From Candidatus Eiseniibacteriota bacterium (GTDB taxonomy: Bacteria; Eisenbacteria; RBG-16-71-46; JACRLI01), in NCBI GenBank assembly GCA_025351485.1, contig JANXVU010000089.1, positions 6,513 through 70,512 of the forward strand: a stretch of DNA of 64,000 nucleotides, in the 5' to 3' direction. Of this stretch, positions 16,955 through 26,612 are shown piece by piece. Each line of letters starts with the position of its first letter. Position 1 is the first letter of the stretch. The notes under the pieces are model-generated. The model ran no database searches and was not told the origin of the DNA. It worked only from the letters and a program-made list of their open reading frames with translations. A program made the translations under genes and the position numbers.

Positions 16955-19945
16955 ATGATCGATACCGGCACCCGGCTTGGCCCCTACGTCGTCGTCCGCC
17001 GCCTCGGAGCGGGGGGGATGGGCGAGGTCTATTTGGCCAGCGACCCGCGCCTGGAGCGCGAGGTCGCGATCAAGGTCCTGCCGTTCGAGTTCTCCTTCGA
17101 CCCTGAACTCCTGGAGCGCTTTCAGCGCGAAGCCAAGCTGCTGGCTTCGGTGAACCACCCCAACATTGCCACCATCTACGGGCTGGAAGAAGGCGTCGGG
17201 GGCGTGCGTTGCCTGATCATGGAGCGCATCGAGGGCGTGACCCTCACCGAGCGCATCATGCTCAAGCCGATGCCGGTGGAAGCGGCCCTGGACATGGCGG
17301 TGCAGCTGGCCGAGGCACTGGAGGCGGCCCACGAGCGGGGCGTGATCCACCGCGACCTCAAGCCCAGCAACGTGATGATCACTCCGCGCGGGCAGGTCAA
17401 GGTGCTGGATTTTGGCCTGGCCAAGCGCTCCGACGATCTGGCCGACCAGGCGGCGAGGTCGGTCCTGGACGCCGGAAACCTGGGGGAGGACGACGCGCCC
17501 ATGGGGCTCACCCTGGCCGGCGACGTGCTGGGCACTCCCGGCTACATGAGCCCCGAGCAGATCCTGGCCCTGCCGCAGGACCTTCGCACCGACATCTTTT
17601 CTTTCGGCAGCGTGCTGTACGAGTGCCTCACGCGCAAAGCCGCCTTCCCCGGCAAGGGCACGCTGGAAATCACCGCGGCCACGGTGCACGACGAGCCCGA
17701 CTGGCAGGCGCTACCGGCGGAGCCTCGCGCAAAGCTCAAGCAAATCCTCTCGGACTGCCTTGAAAAGGACCCCGAGAAACGTCCCCCCAACATGGGGTTG
17801 GTGCGCGCGGCGCTGCGCGAGATGCTGGCGCCCGCCGCGGCCGTGGCGGTGGCGGCCCCGGTGGCCGCGCCCAACAATCTGCCGAGGCAGATCTCGAGCT
17901 TCGTGGGCCGCGAGGAAGAGGCCTCGAGCTGCGCTGCGCTTCTGCTGGAATCCCGCCTGCTCACGCTGACCGGCCCGGGCGGCTGCGGGAAGACCCGCCT
18001 AGCGCTCAACGTGGCCGAACGGTTCCTTCCTCAGAACACCGGCGGGACCTGGTTCGTGGACCTGGCGCCACTCTCCGAACCCAAGCGCGTTCCGCAGGCG
18101 CTGGCCGCCGCGCTGGGAGTGCGCGAGGAAACCGGGCGCGAACTGGTGGCGCAGCTGGCCGAGCACCTGGGCGCTCAGCCCACGCTGGTGGTGCTGGACA
18201 ACTGCGAGCACCTGCTGGAGGCGTGCGCCGCCCTGGTGAGCGTGCTGCTGGACGCCTGCCAGGGCGTGCGAGTCCTGGCCACCAGCCGGGAAGCGCTGGG
18301 CCTGGGCGGGGAACAGACCTACGTGGTGCCGTCGCTTTCGGTGCCCGATCCGCGGCGCGCGGCCAACGCCGCCGCGGTCATGGCATCCTCGGCAGGCCGG
18401 CTCTTCGCCGAGCGGGCCTCGCTGGTCAACGCATCCTTCGAGGTCAACGAATCCAACGCCCGGGGCGTCGCGGAAATATTGCAGCGGCTGGATGGAATCC
18501 CGCTCGCCATCGAGCTGGCCGCCGCGCGCATCAAGCTGCTCTCGGTGGACCAGATCCGCGCCAAGCTGGACGACCGCTTCCGGCTGCTCACATCCGGTAG
18601 CCGCGACGCGCTGCCGCGCCAGCAGACGCTGCGGGCCACCATCCAGTGGAGCTACGACCAGCTGGTAGAAGAAGAGCAGCGGCTCATGCGCGCCCTGTCG
18701 GTGTTCGTGGGCGGCTGGACGCTGGAGGCGGCCACGGCCATCTGCGGGGAAGACCTGGACGAGTTCGAAGTGCTGGACACCATCGGCCGGCTGGCCGACA
18801 AGTCGCTGGTGGTCGTCGAGCGATCCGCGTCCGCGGACGCCCGGTACCGGTTCCTGGAAACCGTGCGCCAGTACGCGCAGGGCGAGCGCGAGGCGAAAAA
18901 GGAAAGCCCGGCCCTGCGGGCCCGGCACCTCTCGTACTTCCTGGCGCTGGCCGAGCAGGCCGCGCCGCTCCTGCGCGGGGGGAAGCAGTCCGAGTGGCTC
19001 GCCCGGCTCGATTCGGACAATGCCAATCTGCTGGCGGCGCATGTCTGGTGCGGCGAGCCGCCGGAGCACGTGGAAGAGGACCTGCGCCTGGTGGGCGCCC
19101 TGTGGCGGTTCTGGTACAACCGGGGACACTTCCGAGACGGCAGCGAGGCGCTGCACGCCGCGCTCTCGCGCCCCGGCGCCGAGCGGGCGGGCGCGCTGCG
19201 CGCCGGCGCGCTGGGGGCCGCGGCCGGCATGGCGTTTCTCCAGAGCGAATTCGACCGGTCGCGGTTGCTCTACGAGGAGCTGGCCCGGTTGTGCGAGGAG
19301 CTCGGCGACCGCCTGGGGCTGGCCCGTGCGTTCAACGGGCTGGGCATCGTGGCGTTGGCCATGCAGGACTACCGGGCCGCGGAGCAGGACTTCGAGAAGG
19401 CCCTCGCGATCTACCGGGAGCTCGGGGACCAGGCCAACGCCGCGGTGGCCCTGGGAAACCTGGGCAACGTGTCGCTGGAAGAGGGCGATTACTCGGCGGC
19501 CGGTCCCCGGATCGAGGCGGCGCTGGAACTGGCCCGCACCCTCGGCGACGAGCAGGGCGTGGCCAAGGCCTACCTCAACGGGGCGATGGTGTGCACCCAC
19601 TCCGGCAATCCGGATGGTGCGCGCGAACGGTTGCGCGCCGGACTGCCGCTGGTGCTGCAACTGGGGGAGCGGCGCTATGCCGCCTACGCCCTGGAGACTT
19701 CCGCCGAACTGGCGGCGCTTCTATCCGAGCATCCCCTGGCGGCACGCCTCAGCGGGGCCGCGGCGGGGCTGCGCGAAGAGCTGGGAGCGCCCCTTCCGGA
19801 AACGGAAATGGAAAAGCACGAGCTGGCCATGCAACTCGTGCGTGAGGGCCTGGGCGGGGACGGCTTTGCCCGGGAATGGAACGAGGGCCGCTCCATGAAC
19901 TATGAAGCGGCCCTCGATTCGGTGCTGCGCTGGCTATCCGGCTGA
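16955..19945 (+). CDS. Multidomain Ser/Thr protein kinase – P-loop NTPase (AAA/NB-ARC-like) – TPR repeat signalling protein
   Basis: Hanks kinase motifs: GAGGMGEVY, AIK, HRDLKPSNV, DFG, SPE. A P-loop (LTGPGGCGKTRLA) follows at about residue 340, and the C-terminal half holds multiple TPR-like repeats. Confidence 0.8.
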   Translation: MIDTGTRLGPYVVVRRLGAGGMGEVYLASDPRLEREVAIKVLPFEFSFDPELLERFQREAKLLASVNHPNIATIYGLEEGVGGVRCLIMERIEGVTLTERIMLKPMPVEAALDMAVQLAEALEAAHERGVIHRDLKPSNVMITPRGQVKVLDFGLAKRSDDLADQAARSVLDAGNLGEDDAPMGLTLAGDVLGTPGYMSPEQILALPQDLRTDIFSFGSVLYECLTRKAAFPGKGTLEITAATVHDEPDWQALPAEPRAKLKQILSDCLEKDPEKRPPNMGLVRAALREMLAPAAAVAVAAPVAAPNNLPRQISSFVGREEEASSCAALLLESRLLTLTGPGGCGKTRLALNVAERFLPQNTGGTWFVDLAPLSEPKRVPQALAAALGVREETGRELVAQLAEHLGAQPTLVVLDNCEHLLEACAALVSVLLDACQGVRVLATSREALGLGGEQTYVVPSLSVPDPRRAANAAAVMASSAGRLFAERASLVNASFEVNESNARGVAEILQRLDGIPLAIELAAARIKLLSVDQIRAKLDDRFRLLTSGSRDALPRQQTLRATIQWSYDQLVEEEQRLMRALSVFVGGWTLEAATAICGEDLDEFEVLDTIGRLADKSLVVVERSASADARYRFLETVRQYAQGEREAKKESPALRARHLSYFLALAEQAAPLLRGGKQSEWLARLDSDNANLLAAHVWCGEPPEHVEEDLRLVGALWRFWYNRGHFRDGSEALHAALSRPGAERAGALRAGALGAAAGMAFLQSEFDRSRLLYEELARLCEELGDRLGLARAFNGLGIVALAMQDYRAAEQDFEKALAIYRELGDQANAAVALGNLGNVSLEEGDYSAAGPRIEAALELARTLGDEQGVAKAYLNGAMVCTHSGNPDGARERLRAGLPLVLQLGERRYAAYALETSAELAALLSEHPLAARLSGAAAGLREELGAPLPETEMEKHELAMQLVREGLGGDGFAREWNEGRSMNYEAALDSVLRWLSG

Positions 19946-19960
19946 TCCCGCGGATTCGGG

Positions 19961-21055
19961 CTAGCGGTAGGCTCTCTTCAGGCTTCCCCACGAGGTCGGC
20001 TTGGACGGCGTGGTAAGGCACTGTCCCGGACCGATCAGCCCGTTGTTGAAGTCCCCGAGCAGTTGGATCAGGTCCAGGCCCACGCCCTCCGGCAGGAAAT
20101 CGGTTCCCACCGGCGGCACGACGCGGGGTCCGATCAGGGCGTCGGCGTCCCGGATCGCCTGCCGGATGTTCGCGGGCACACTTGCTCCGTTGAAAAGATT
20201 CAGCTTGGCCGCGATCAGCTGATGGGCCAGCGCGATGAGCGTGGCCGAAGGGTCGACGATGACGGCCTGCCCCAGGCTGCCGTTGACCGGCACGGGCCGC
20301 ACCGGCTCGCTGATACCCGAGGGCTTGGTCAGGATGTTCTGCGTCTGGGTCTTGGTGTAGGTAATGCTTCCGAGCGGCATCTGCCAGGCAACCGTGTCCA
20401 CCGCCTGCGGGCGCGGGTTCGAGCCCAGGCGGGAGCGCTGCGGCAGCGGCATGTCGTCGTCGTCCCCATCGTCGTCGCCGGGCGGGATCTGCGGCCACTT
20501 GCTGGGATCGATCGCCCACTGGGTGCGGTTGAACGTGCAGTTGGTCTGGGCCATGGTGCGCTGGCGCGACATCGGAGACAGCGGCGAAGCCGCCTGGCCC
20601 TGCACGTCGAGCGCGTACGCCGTAAACACGTACGCCTCTCCGGGAGTCAGTTCGTTGGGAGCGTTGGAAATCACGCCGCTCTCGTCGTACAGGTCGCCGA
20701 TCTCCACCATGCCCGACGCGTTCGGGCCCAGTAGGAACGTCGTGTACTGGCCGCCGTACACGTGAATCAAGGGCGCTCCCACGAAGTACGCTTCGCCCTG
20801 GCGCGGGTCGGGCGCGGCGCTGAACCACTGCAAGCCATTGTTCGCAAAGTCGGAGTACTTCATCCACCAGACTCCAAAACCGGCCGGCGCGCCGGAGGCG
20901 CCCGCGGTCACGGTCATGACCACTTTGCCGTGGCCCGCGCGCACCATGCTGAGAGCGGGCGTATCGAGCGCCGGGAGCTGGGCCCAGCCGAACGAGGCGG
21001 TGACCGCAAGGATGGCCACGGAGGCCATAAAGATCTTCAAGATATGAGCTTTCAC
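19961..21055 (-). CDS. Secreted hypothetical protein
   Basis: Signal peptide (MASVAILAVTASFGWAQ). No recognisable catalytic motifs. Contains an acidic run DDDGDDDD. Confidence 0.5.
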   Translation of the reverse strand: MKAHILKIFMASVAILAVTASFGWAQLPALDTPALSMVRAGHGKVVMTVTAGASGAPAGFGVWWMKYSDFANNGLQWFSAAPDPRQGEAYFVGAPLIHVYGGQYTTFLLGPNASGMVEIGDLYDESGVISNAPNELTPGEAYVFTAYALDVQGQAASPLSPMSRQRTMAQTNCTFNRTQWAIDPSKWPQIPPGDDDGDDDDMPLPQRSRLGSNPRPQAVDTVAWQMPLGSITYTKTQTQNILTKPSGISEPVRPVPVNGSLGQAVIVDPSATLIALAHQLIAAKLNLFNGASVPANIRQAIRDADALIGPRVVPPVGTDFLPEGVGLDLIQLLGDFNNGLIGPGQCLTTPSKPTSWGSLKRAYR

Positions 21056-21189
21056 GTCTTCCTCCGGATTGAATTGGATGGATATTGGAAACGTGGCTTG
21101 GAATTGACGGCGGCCGTTATCGATTGTTTCGCGATTATAGTATGGGCGCAGGTCGCCCGGGGGTCAAGAGAATAGCGGCTGAAACAGGC

Positions 21190-21651
21190 CTATTCCCAGC
21201 GGTGGTAGGCCGGATGACCTTCCTTGACCGCTACGAACGTGCCCCGGCAGGTGGCGGTGACCACGCCGCCCGAAGACAGGGTAGCTTCCACCACGGCGCG
21301 GTCTTCCGTGGATTCCACCACTTTGGCCCGGATCTCGAGCGGCACCCGGCTCGGGGTGGGCCGCTTGAACTTCACGTGAAAGTCGGCGGTCACGGTGCTG
21401 GGTGGGGCGTCCTGGCCGGCCTTGTTCATCAGGTGCCAGGCGGCGGTCCAGTTGCTGTGGCAATCCAGGAGCGCCCCGCAGATACCCCCGTTGACCACGC
21501 CGTCAAAGGCTTCGTGGTACTTCTCGGGCTGCCAAGAGCACACCAGCTCCTCGCCCTCGGGAAAGCTGCGGATCCGAAGGCCCCTCCCGTTGGCCGGGCC
21601 GCAACCGAAGCACCGGTTGTTGGGCGCGTACTGCTCTTGGACGGATTTCAT
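21190..21651 (-). CDS. PaaI/YbgC-type hotdog-fold thioesterase
   Basis: Zinc-ribbon-like CFGCGP motif, then hotdog-fold signature (…HGGAL… analogue: GVVNGGICGALLD). About 153 aa. Start chosen at the internal ATG 21651. Confidence 0.65.
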   Translation of the reverse strand: MKSVQEQYAPNNRCFGCGPANGRGLRIRSFPEGEELVCSWQPEKYHEAFDGVVNGGICGALLDCHSNWTAAWHLMNKAGQDAPPSTVTADFHVKFKRPTPSRVPLEIRAKVVESTEDRAVVEATLSSGGVVTATCRGTFVAVKEGHPAYHRWE

Positions 21652-21743
21652 GAGACGGAGGGTATGACGGGAGGCCTGCCGGGGGCAAGCGAAGAGGGGC
21701 GGCCGGTGGGCCGCCCCTCGAGACTGCGCTTCGTCTGCCGGGC

Positions 21744-22499
21744 CTACTTGTACTTCTTGCGCAGGTCGGTGTAGGTCATGTGGATCACCGGCGTGATGCC
21801 GATGGCATGGACCTCGAACACCAGGTCGTTGAAGTCGTTGTCGGTCTGGCTGCAGCACGGCGTCGGGTTCGGGCCGCTGTCCAGGTCCTCGAAGCACACC
21901 AGCCAGGTGTTGGGCTGGTGCTTGATGACCGAGATGTCGAACACGAGCGCCTGCACGTCGCCGTCGAAGGGCGCGTGGACGGCGACGCCGTTCGGGCCCT
22001 TGTCGTTGAAGAACCGGTTGGTGAAGAAGAGCTCGGGCTCCGGGGCGTTGGTGGCGTTGCCCGTGCCGTTCGGGTTCATGTAGAAGCCGAAATGCGTGTG
22101 GGCGCCCGAAAAATTGACGCTCTTGACCGCGCCCGGATTGGCCGGCCCGTCGAACACCACGCCGTCGTGGATGTTGTCGTTCAGGAGGCTCGCCGGCTTG
22201 ACGCCGGTTTCAAGGTACCAGCCAACCGTGTTGCGGTCGCGGTTCCCGGCGACTTCCTTCACCAGCAGGGATGAGAACCCGGCGTCCGACCAGTAGAACG
22301 GATCGGGCTGGAACGGGTGCGCGCCAATGAAGTCGGTCGTGATGTGAATTCCCGGCCCGTACACGGCGTCAACGATGCTCTGAAGATCGTTTCCGGCGCC
22401 GTCCCACGAGGTGCCGAATACCACCGTCACCGGGGACACGGCCTGCGCAACACCCGCAGTCAAGATGAGTGCAAGGAAGATCGCGGTAGCAGTGCGCAT
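21744..22499 (-). CDS. Secreted protein, DUF4114-like C-terminal domain
   Basis: Signal peptide (MRTATAIFLALILTAGVAQA). C-terminal motif …FEDLDSG…DNDFNDLVFEV is characteristic of DUF4114. Confidence 0.55.
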   Translation of the reverse strand: MRTATAIFLALILTAGVAQAVSPVTVVFGTSWDGAGNDLQSIVDAVYGPGIHITTDFIGAHPFQPDPFYWSDAGFSSLLVKEVAGNRDRNTVGWYLETGVKPASLLNDNIHDGVVFDGPANPGAVKSVNFSGAHTHFGFYMNPNGTGNATNAPEPELFFTNRFFNDKGPNGVAVHAPFDGDVQALVFDISVIKHQPNTWLVCFEDLDSGPNPTPCCSQTDNDFNDLVFEVHAIGITPVIHMTYTDLRKKYK

Positions 22500-22798
22500 T
22501 CAAAATCTCCTGGGCCATGTGGGGGCCGAAATAAAATTAAAAGAACACGGGACCCCGCAGCACTCGAGCCGCGGCGCACCCTGAACCTGTTCTTCAAGTG
22601 TTTGTAAATGTACGTTATTCCAGGGCAACTGTCAATGGTTTACTTGCAAATACTTCTATCAGCATTCATTTCAGTATAGGCGCATATTTGCATTGATTTC
22701 TTCCCCCAAAGAGCCCCCCTTGCCCCGGCTGCCGGTCGGTGCTAACTTCCAATCTTTCATAGTCTAACCGCCTTCAGTCCCTAGCTTTTGGAGATGCC

Positions 22799-24799
22799 AT
22801 GCCTCGCAAGCGTCCGATGCAGCTCGATGACCTGTTTCGCCTTCGGGCCCTTGGCCGGGTCGCGATGTCGCCGGACGGGCGACAGGTGGCCTTCGAAGTG
22901 AAGAGATTCGATTCCTCCGAAAACCAGAATTTCACGCAGCTGATGCTGGTCGATGCCGATGGCACGCAGATACGTCCGCTCACCGATGGCAAGCACAACG
23001 ACCACCACCCGCGCTGGTCGCCCGACGGCACCCGCCTGGGCTTTCTCTCCGACCGGGACAAGGGCACCACCCTGTGGGTGCTGTCCATGGCGGGCGGCGA
23101 GCCGGAGCGCATCACCGAGCCCGACGGCTCAGTGAAGGACTTTGCCTGGTCGCCCGACGGGCGCCGGCTGGCTCTCACCTGGCAGGCCATGAGCGAACGC
23201 GAGATCCTGGAGCGCGACGGCAAGACCGACCAGATCAAGAAGGGCCCCCAGTTCAAGCACATCACGCGGCTGTTCCACAAACTGGACGGCGCGGGCTGGT
23301 GGAACGGGAACTACACCCACGTGTACGTGGTGCCCGCCGCGGGCGGCCGCATGAAGGCGCTCACGACCGGGGAATTCGACCACTCCGAGCCCACCTGGAG
23401 CCCCGACGGCACGCGGGTCTCGTTCGTCTCCAACCGCGACGAGAATCGCGACGTGTACCTGGAAAAGTCCGACATCTACGTGGTCAGCCCCAAAGGCGGC
23501 CGCGCGCGCCGGGTGACCCTGAAGGAAGGCAGCGCCCGATCCCATTCCTGGTCGCCCGATGGCAAGACCATCGCATTCGTCGGGGACTCCGCACGGCTGG
23601 GACAGGGATGGAAGCACAACACCCGCATCTGGCTGGTGCCGTCCCGGGGCGGGGCTCCGACCGAGCTCAACCGGGAATTGGACACCGACTGCATGAACAT
23701 GACCCTCGGGGACGTGGCCTCGGCCGGCTTCGAAGCCATGGCCCCGATCTGGACCGAGGACGGCTCGCGGGTCTACTTCCAGGCCAGCATCCAGGGTGCG
23801 GTGGTGCTGCTCAGCCGCTCGGTCAAGCGCCGCGAGGCCCGGATCGAGCTGGCCGGCGACATCAACCTGATGTACGCGCATCGCTGCGGAAACTCCGGCC
23901 CCATGGCGCTGGCGATCGGCGAGTCCACCAATCCCGGCGACGTGTTCCTGTTCGATCCTGCCAAGCCGGGCCGCGCCCGCCGCCTGACCCGTCTCAACGC
24001 CGCCCTGTTCGAAAAGATCGAGGTGGTGGAGCCCCAGGCTTTCCAGGTGAAGTCGGGCGCCGCCACGGTGAACGGCTGGGTGCTCAAGCCGCCCGGATTC
24101 CGCAAGGGCCGGCGCTACCCGGCCATCATGGAGGTCCACGGTGGGCCGCACGCGCAGTACGGCTACTCGTTCTTCCACGAGCTGCAGTGGCTGGCGGCCC
24201 AGGGCTACGTGGTGGTCTACTCCAATCCACGGGGCAGCACCAGCTACGGGCTCAAGTACCGCAACTGCATCCAGGCCGCCTGGGGAAACCTGGACTACAA
24301 GGACTGCATGAAGGTGGCCGACTGGATCTCCTCCCGATCCTACGTGGACCGCAAGCGGGTGGGCCTGACCGGTGGCTCCTACGGCGGCTATATGACCAAC
24401 TGGATGGTGAGCCACACCGACCGGTTCCGCGCGGCGGTGACCCAGCGCAGCGTGTACAACATGGAGTCCATGTTCGGCACCAGCGACGTGGGATACCTCT
24501 TCGAGTGGGAGTTCGGCGGGAACCCGTGGCGAAATGTGAAGGCCCTGCGCCGGCAGTCGCCCTACACGTTCGCGAAGAACATCCGCACCCCGCTCCTGAT
24601 CGAGCACGAGGAACAGGACTATCGTTGCCCGATCGAGCAGGGCGAACAGCTGTTCACGGCGCTCAAGCTGCTGGGGCGCGAAGTCGAGATGGTGCGCTTC
24701 GAGGGCGAGTCTCATGGACTCTCCCGCGGCGGCCGGCCCCAGAACCGGGCCGAGCGGCTGCGCCGCATCAAGGGCTGGTTCGACAAGCACATGCGGTGA
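22799..24799 (+). CDS. S9 family serine peptidase (prolyl oligopeptidase/acylaminoacyl-peptidase-like; beta-propeller + alpha/beta-hydrolase)
   Basis: N-terminal WD40-like propeller repeats (…SPDG…). C-terminal catalytic nucleophile motif GGSYGGYM plus the Asp/His region (…EEQDYRCP… ESHG…). Confidence 0.85.
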   Translation: MPRKRPMQLDDLFRLRALGRVAMSPDGRQVAFEVKRFDSSENQNFTQLMLVDADGTQIRPLTDGKHNDHHPRWSPDGTRLGFLSDRDKGTTLWVLSMAGGEPERITEPDGSVKDFAWSPDGRRLALTWQAMSEREILERDGKTDQIKKGPQFKHITRLFHKLDGAGWWNGNYTHVYVVPAAGGRMKALTTGEFDHSEPTWSPDGTRVSFVSNRDENRDVYLEKSDIYVVSPKGGRARRVTLKEGSARSHSWSPDGKTIAFVGDSARLGQGWKHNTRIWLVPSRGGAPTELNRELDTDCMNMTLGDVASAGFEAMAPIWTEDGSRVYFQASIQGAVVLLSRSVKRREARIELAGDINLMYAHRCGNSGPMALAIGESTNPGDVFLFDPAKPGRARRLTRLNAALFEKIEVVEPQAFQVKSGAATVNGWVLKPPGFRKGRRYPAIMEVHGGPHAQYGYSFFHELQWLAAQGYVVVYSNPRGSTSYGLKYRNCIQAAWGNLDYKDCMKVADWISSRSYVDRKRVGLTGGSYGGYMTNWMVSHTDRFRAAVTQRSVYNMESMFGTSDVGYLFEWEFGGNPWRNVKALRRQSPYTFAKNIRTPLLIEHEEQDYRCPIEQGEQLFTALKLLGREVEMVRFEGESHGLSRGGRPQNRAERLRRIKGWFDKHMR

Positions 24800-25266
24800 A
24801 GAAGCTTCCTCCCAGGCATCTGCGGCCCTCGGTCCGGCCGCTCCCCGAGCAACAGGGCGATGGGGCCCGCTGGAATCCGGTGGGCCGGTGGCTGCGCCGC
24901 GAGGGTTCCGGCGCGCCGGAGGCCCTGGCGGAGTGGAGCGAGCGATGGGACGAACTCGAGTCCCTGATTCTCCGGGTCTATCGCTCCGACCGGGCCGAGC
25001 CCGGGGACGAATCGGAGTTCCTGGCGCTGCGGATGTGGCTGTGGGATCGCTACCCGTCGTGGTCGGAATGGCTCGAGCCGCTGTGGCGCGAGTCCAGGGA
25101 AGCGGGGGAGCCGTGCTCGCAGGATCCGTTCGACCGGTTGCTCCGAATGGCGAGCGCCTCGGACTTCCGCGGCAACTGGGAAGCGCTGCAGGCGCTGCCG
25201 CCCGCGCGCGAAGCGCTGAATCGGCTGCTCCTGGAGGGCCCGGCCCGGCCCCCGGAGGCTCCATGA
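24796..25266 (+). CDS. Hypothetical protein (about 157 aa)
   Basis: GTG overlapping the peptidase stop (GTGA). W/E-rich sequence with no recognisable domain. Coding status uncertain. Confidence 0.3.
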   Translation: MKKLPPRHLRPSVRPLPEQQGDGARWNPVGRWLRREGSGAPEALAEWSERWDELESLILRVYRSDRAEPGDESEFLALRMWLWDRYPSWSEWLEPLWRESREAGEPCSQDPFDRLLRMASASDFRGNWEALQALPPAREALNRLLLEGPARPPEAP

Positions 25267-25350
25267 CCGGGGCGCCGGAAGCGTTGTATTTGGCCATGCG
25301 GCTGTGCTAGTCTTCATGTTTGCGCCCAAACCGGGCTCGCCCCACCCCTT

Positions 25351-26367
25351 ATGTGGCCTTTGCTTAAGTCCTTAGGCGTTGCCCTCGCGGGGGCGGCTGT
25401 CCTTACACCTGTCGCCCGTAAGTTATCTTGGCACTTGGGCTTCCTGGATCAGCCGGCAGCCCGGAAAGTGCACGTCAAGGTCACCCCCCTTCTGGGTGGG
25501 GCTGCCGTGGCGGCGGGCATGTTCCTCGCACTGGCGGTTGCTCCAGGCTTTCCGGCGGGCACAAGACCGGGGCCAGGCACCTGGCTGGGGCTTTTGTGCG
25601 CCCTGTTTTTGGGGTTGTGGGACGATCGACGGGGCATGGGACCCATGCCCAAGATGGCCGGGCAGCTCCTGGTGGGCGCGTGCCTGCTGATGGATGGGTT
25701 TTCGGCTCCGGTGTTCGGATGGGCGCCGGCCAACGCGGCCGTGACGCTCTTCTGGGTCGTCGCCCTGATGAACGCCGTCAATTTTCTGGACAATATGGAC
25801 GGGATCGCCGCGGGGATCGGGGCAGTGGCGGGGTTGGGATTTGCGGCGCTCGGGCTGGTGACGGGGCGCATGACGGAAGCGCTGCTGGGGACGGCACTCG
25901 CCGGCGCGTGCGCGGGCTTCCTGTTCTTCAATTTCAGTCCGGCTTCCATATTTCTGGGGGATGCCGGCAGCCTCCTGGTGGGGGCCACGCTGGCGCGGCT
26001 CTCCCTGGGCGCCGCGGATTCGGGACGTGGGGCGAGCGGCGTGCTGGCCGCCCTCATCGTGCTGGCCTACCCGGTGTTCGACATCACGTTCGTGACGTCG
26101 GTGCGCCTGCTGGAAGGGCGCAAGGTCTACCAGGGCGGACGGGACCACTCGTCGCACCGGTTCGACCGGCTCCTGAAGAATGGCCGCCGCACCGCCCTGG
26201 CCGTGTACCTGCTGAGCGCGCTTCTCTCGGTCGCCGGCTGGACGGCATATTCTTCGGCCCGCGTGGGCGTGGCATGGCTCGTCACGGCGATGGTGTTGCT
26301 GTTCTTTGTCGGGCTGGGGTTATCCCTGGCCCGAGTACCCGTTGGATCCCCCGGAAAGGGAGCCTGA
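25351..26367 (+). CDS. Polyprenyl-phosphate sugar-1-phosphate transferase (WecA/MraY family, 'glycosyltransferase family 4' in Pfam sense): candidate priming enzyme
   Basis: Multi-pass membrane protein with the family motifs …NAVNFLDNMDGIAAG… and …FLGDAGS…. Confidence 0.8.
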   Translation: MWPLLKSLGVALAGAAVLTPVARKLSWHLGFLDQPAARKVHVKVTPLLGGAAVAAGMFLALAVAPGFPAGTRPGPGTWLGLLCALFLGLWDDRRGMGPMPKMAGQLLVGACLLMDGFSAPVFGWAPANAAVTLFWVVALMNAVNFLDNMDGIAAGIGAVAGLGFAALGLVTGRMTEALLGTALAGACAGFLFFNFSPASIFLGDAGSLLVGATLARLSLGAADSGRGASGVLAALIVLAYPVFDITFVTSVRLLEGRKVYQGGRDHSSHRFDRLLKNGRRTALAVYLLSALLSVAGWTAYSSARVGVAWLVTAMVLLFFVGLGLSLARVPVGSPGKGA

Positions 26368-26372
26368 TCTCG

Positions 26373-26612
26373 ATGGATGCGAACTCCGAACTGATTTTGT
26401 TCATGGCCAGGAACCTGGTCGAAGAGCCCGCCGAAGTGAAAGTCAGCCGGCAGGAGCGCGAAAGAGGCGTGGTGTACGAGCTGCAGGTGGGAGCTCGCGA
26501 CCTGGGCAAGGTCATCGGCCGCAACGGCAAGACGGCCCGCTCCATGCGCGCGGTGCTGAGCGCGTTCCTCTCCAAGTCCGGAGAGCGGGCGCAGCTCGAA
26601 ATCCAGGGTTGA
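26373..26612 (+). CDS. KH-domain RNA-binding protein (UPF0109/YlqC-like)
   Basis: 79 aa with the KH GxxG motif (VIGRNGKTARSMRAV). Sits in the usual position upstream of rimM-trmD-rplS. Confidence 0.75.
   Translation: MDANSELILFMARNLVEEPAEVKVSRQERERGVVYELQVGARDLGKVIGRNGKTARSMRAVLSAFLSKSGERAQLEIQG

Noticed and set aside
17999-19660. 553-aa minus-strand ORF inside the kinase-AAA-TPR gene
   Set aside because: Antisense artefact. The plus strand carries unambiguous kinase/TPR motifs.
23074-25297. 730-aa plus-strand and 722-aa minus-strand ORFs overlapping the S9 peptidase gene
   Set aside because: Alternative-frame or antisense artefacts, Arg/Gly/Pro-rich. The peptidase frame has catalytic GGSYGG and propeller repeats. 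Only the tail 24796-25266 of the + frame was kept, as a low-confidence hypothetical.
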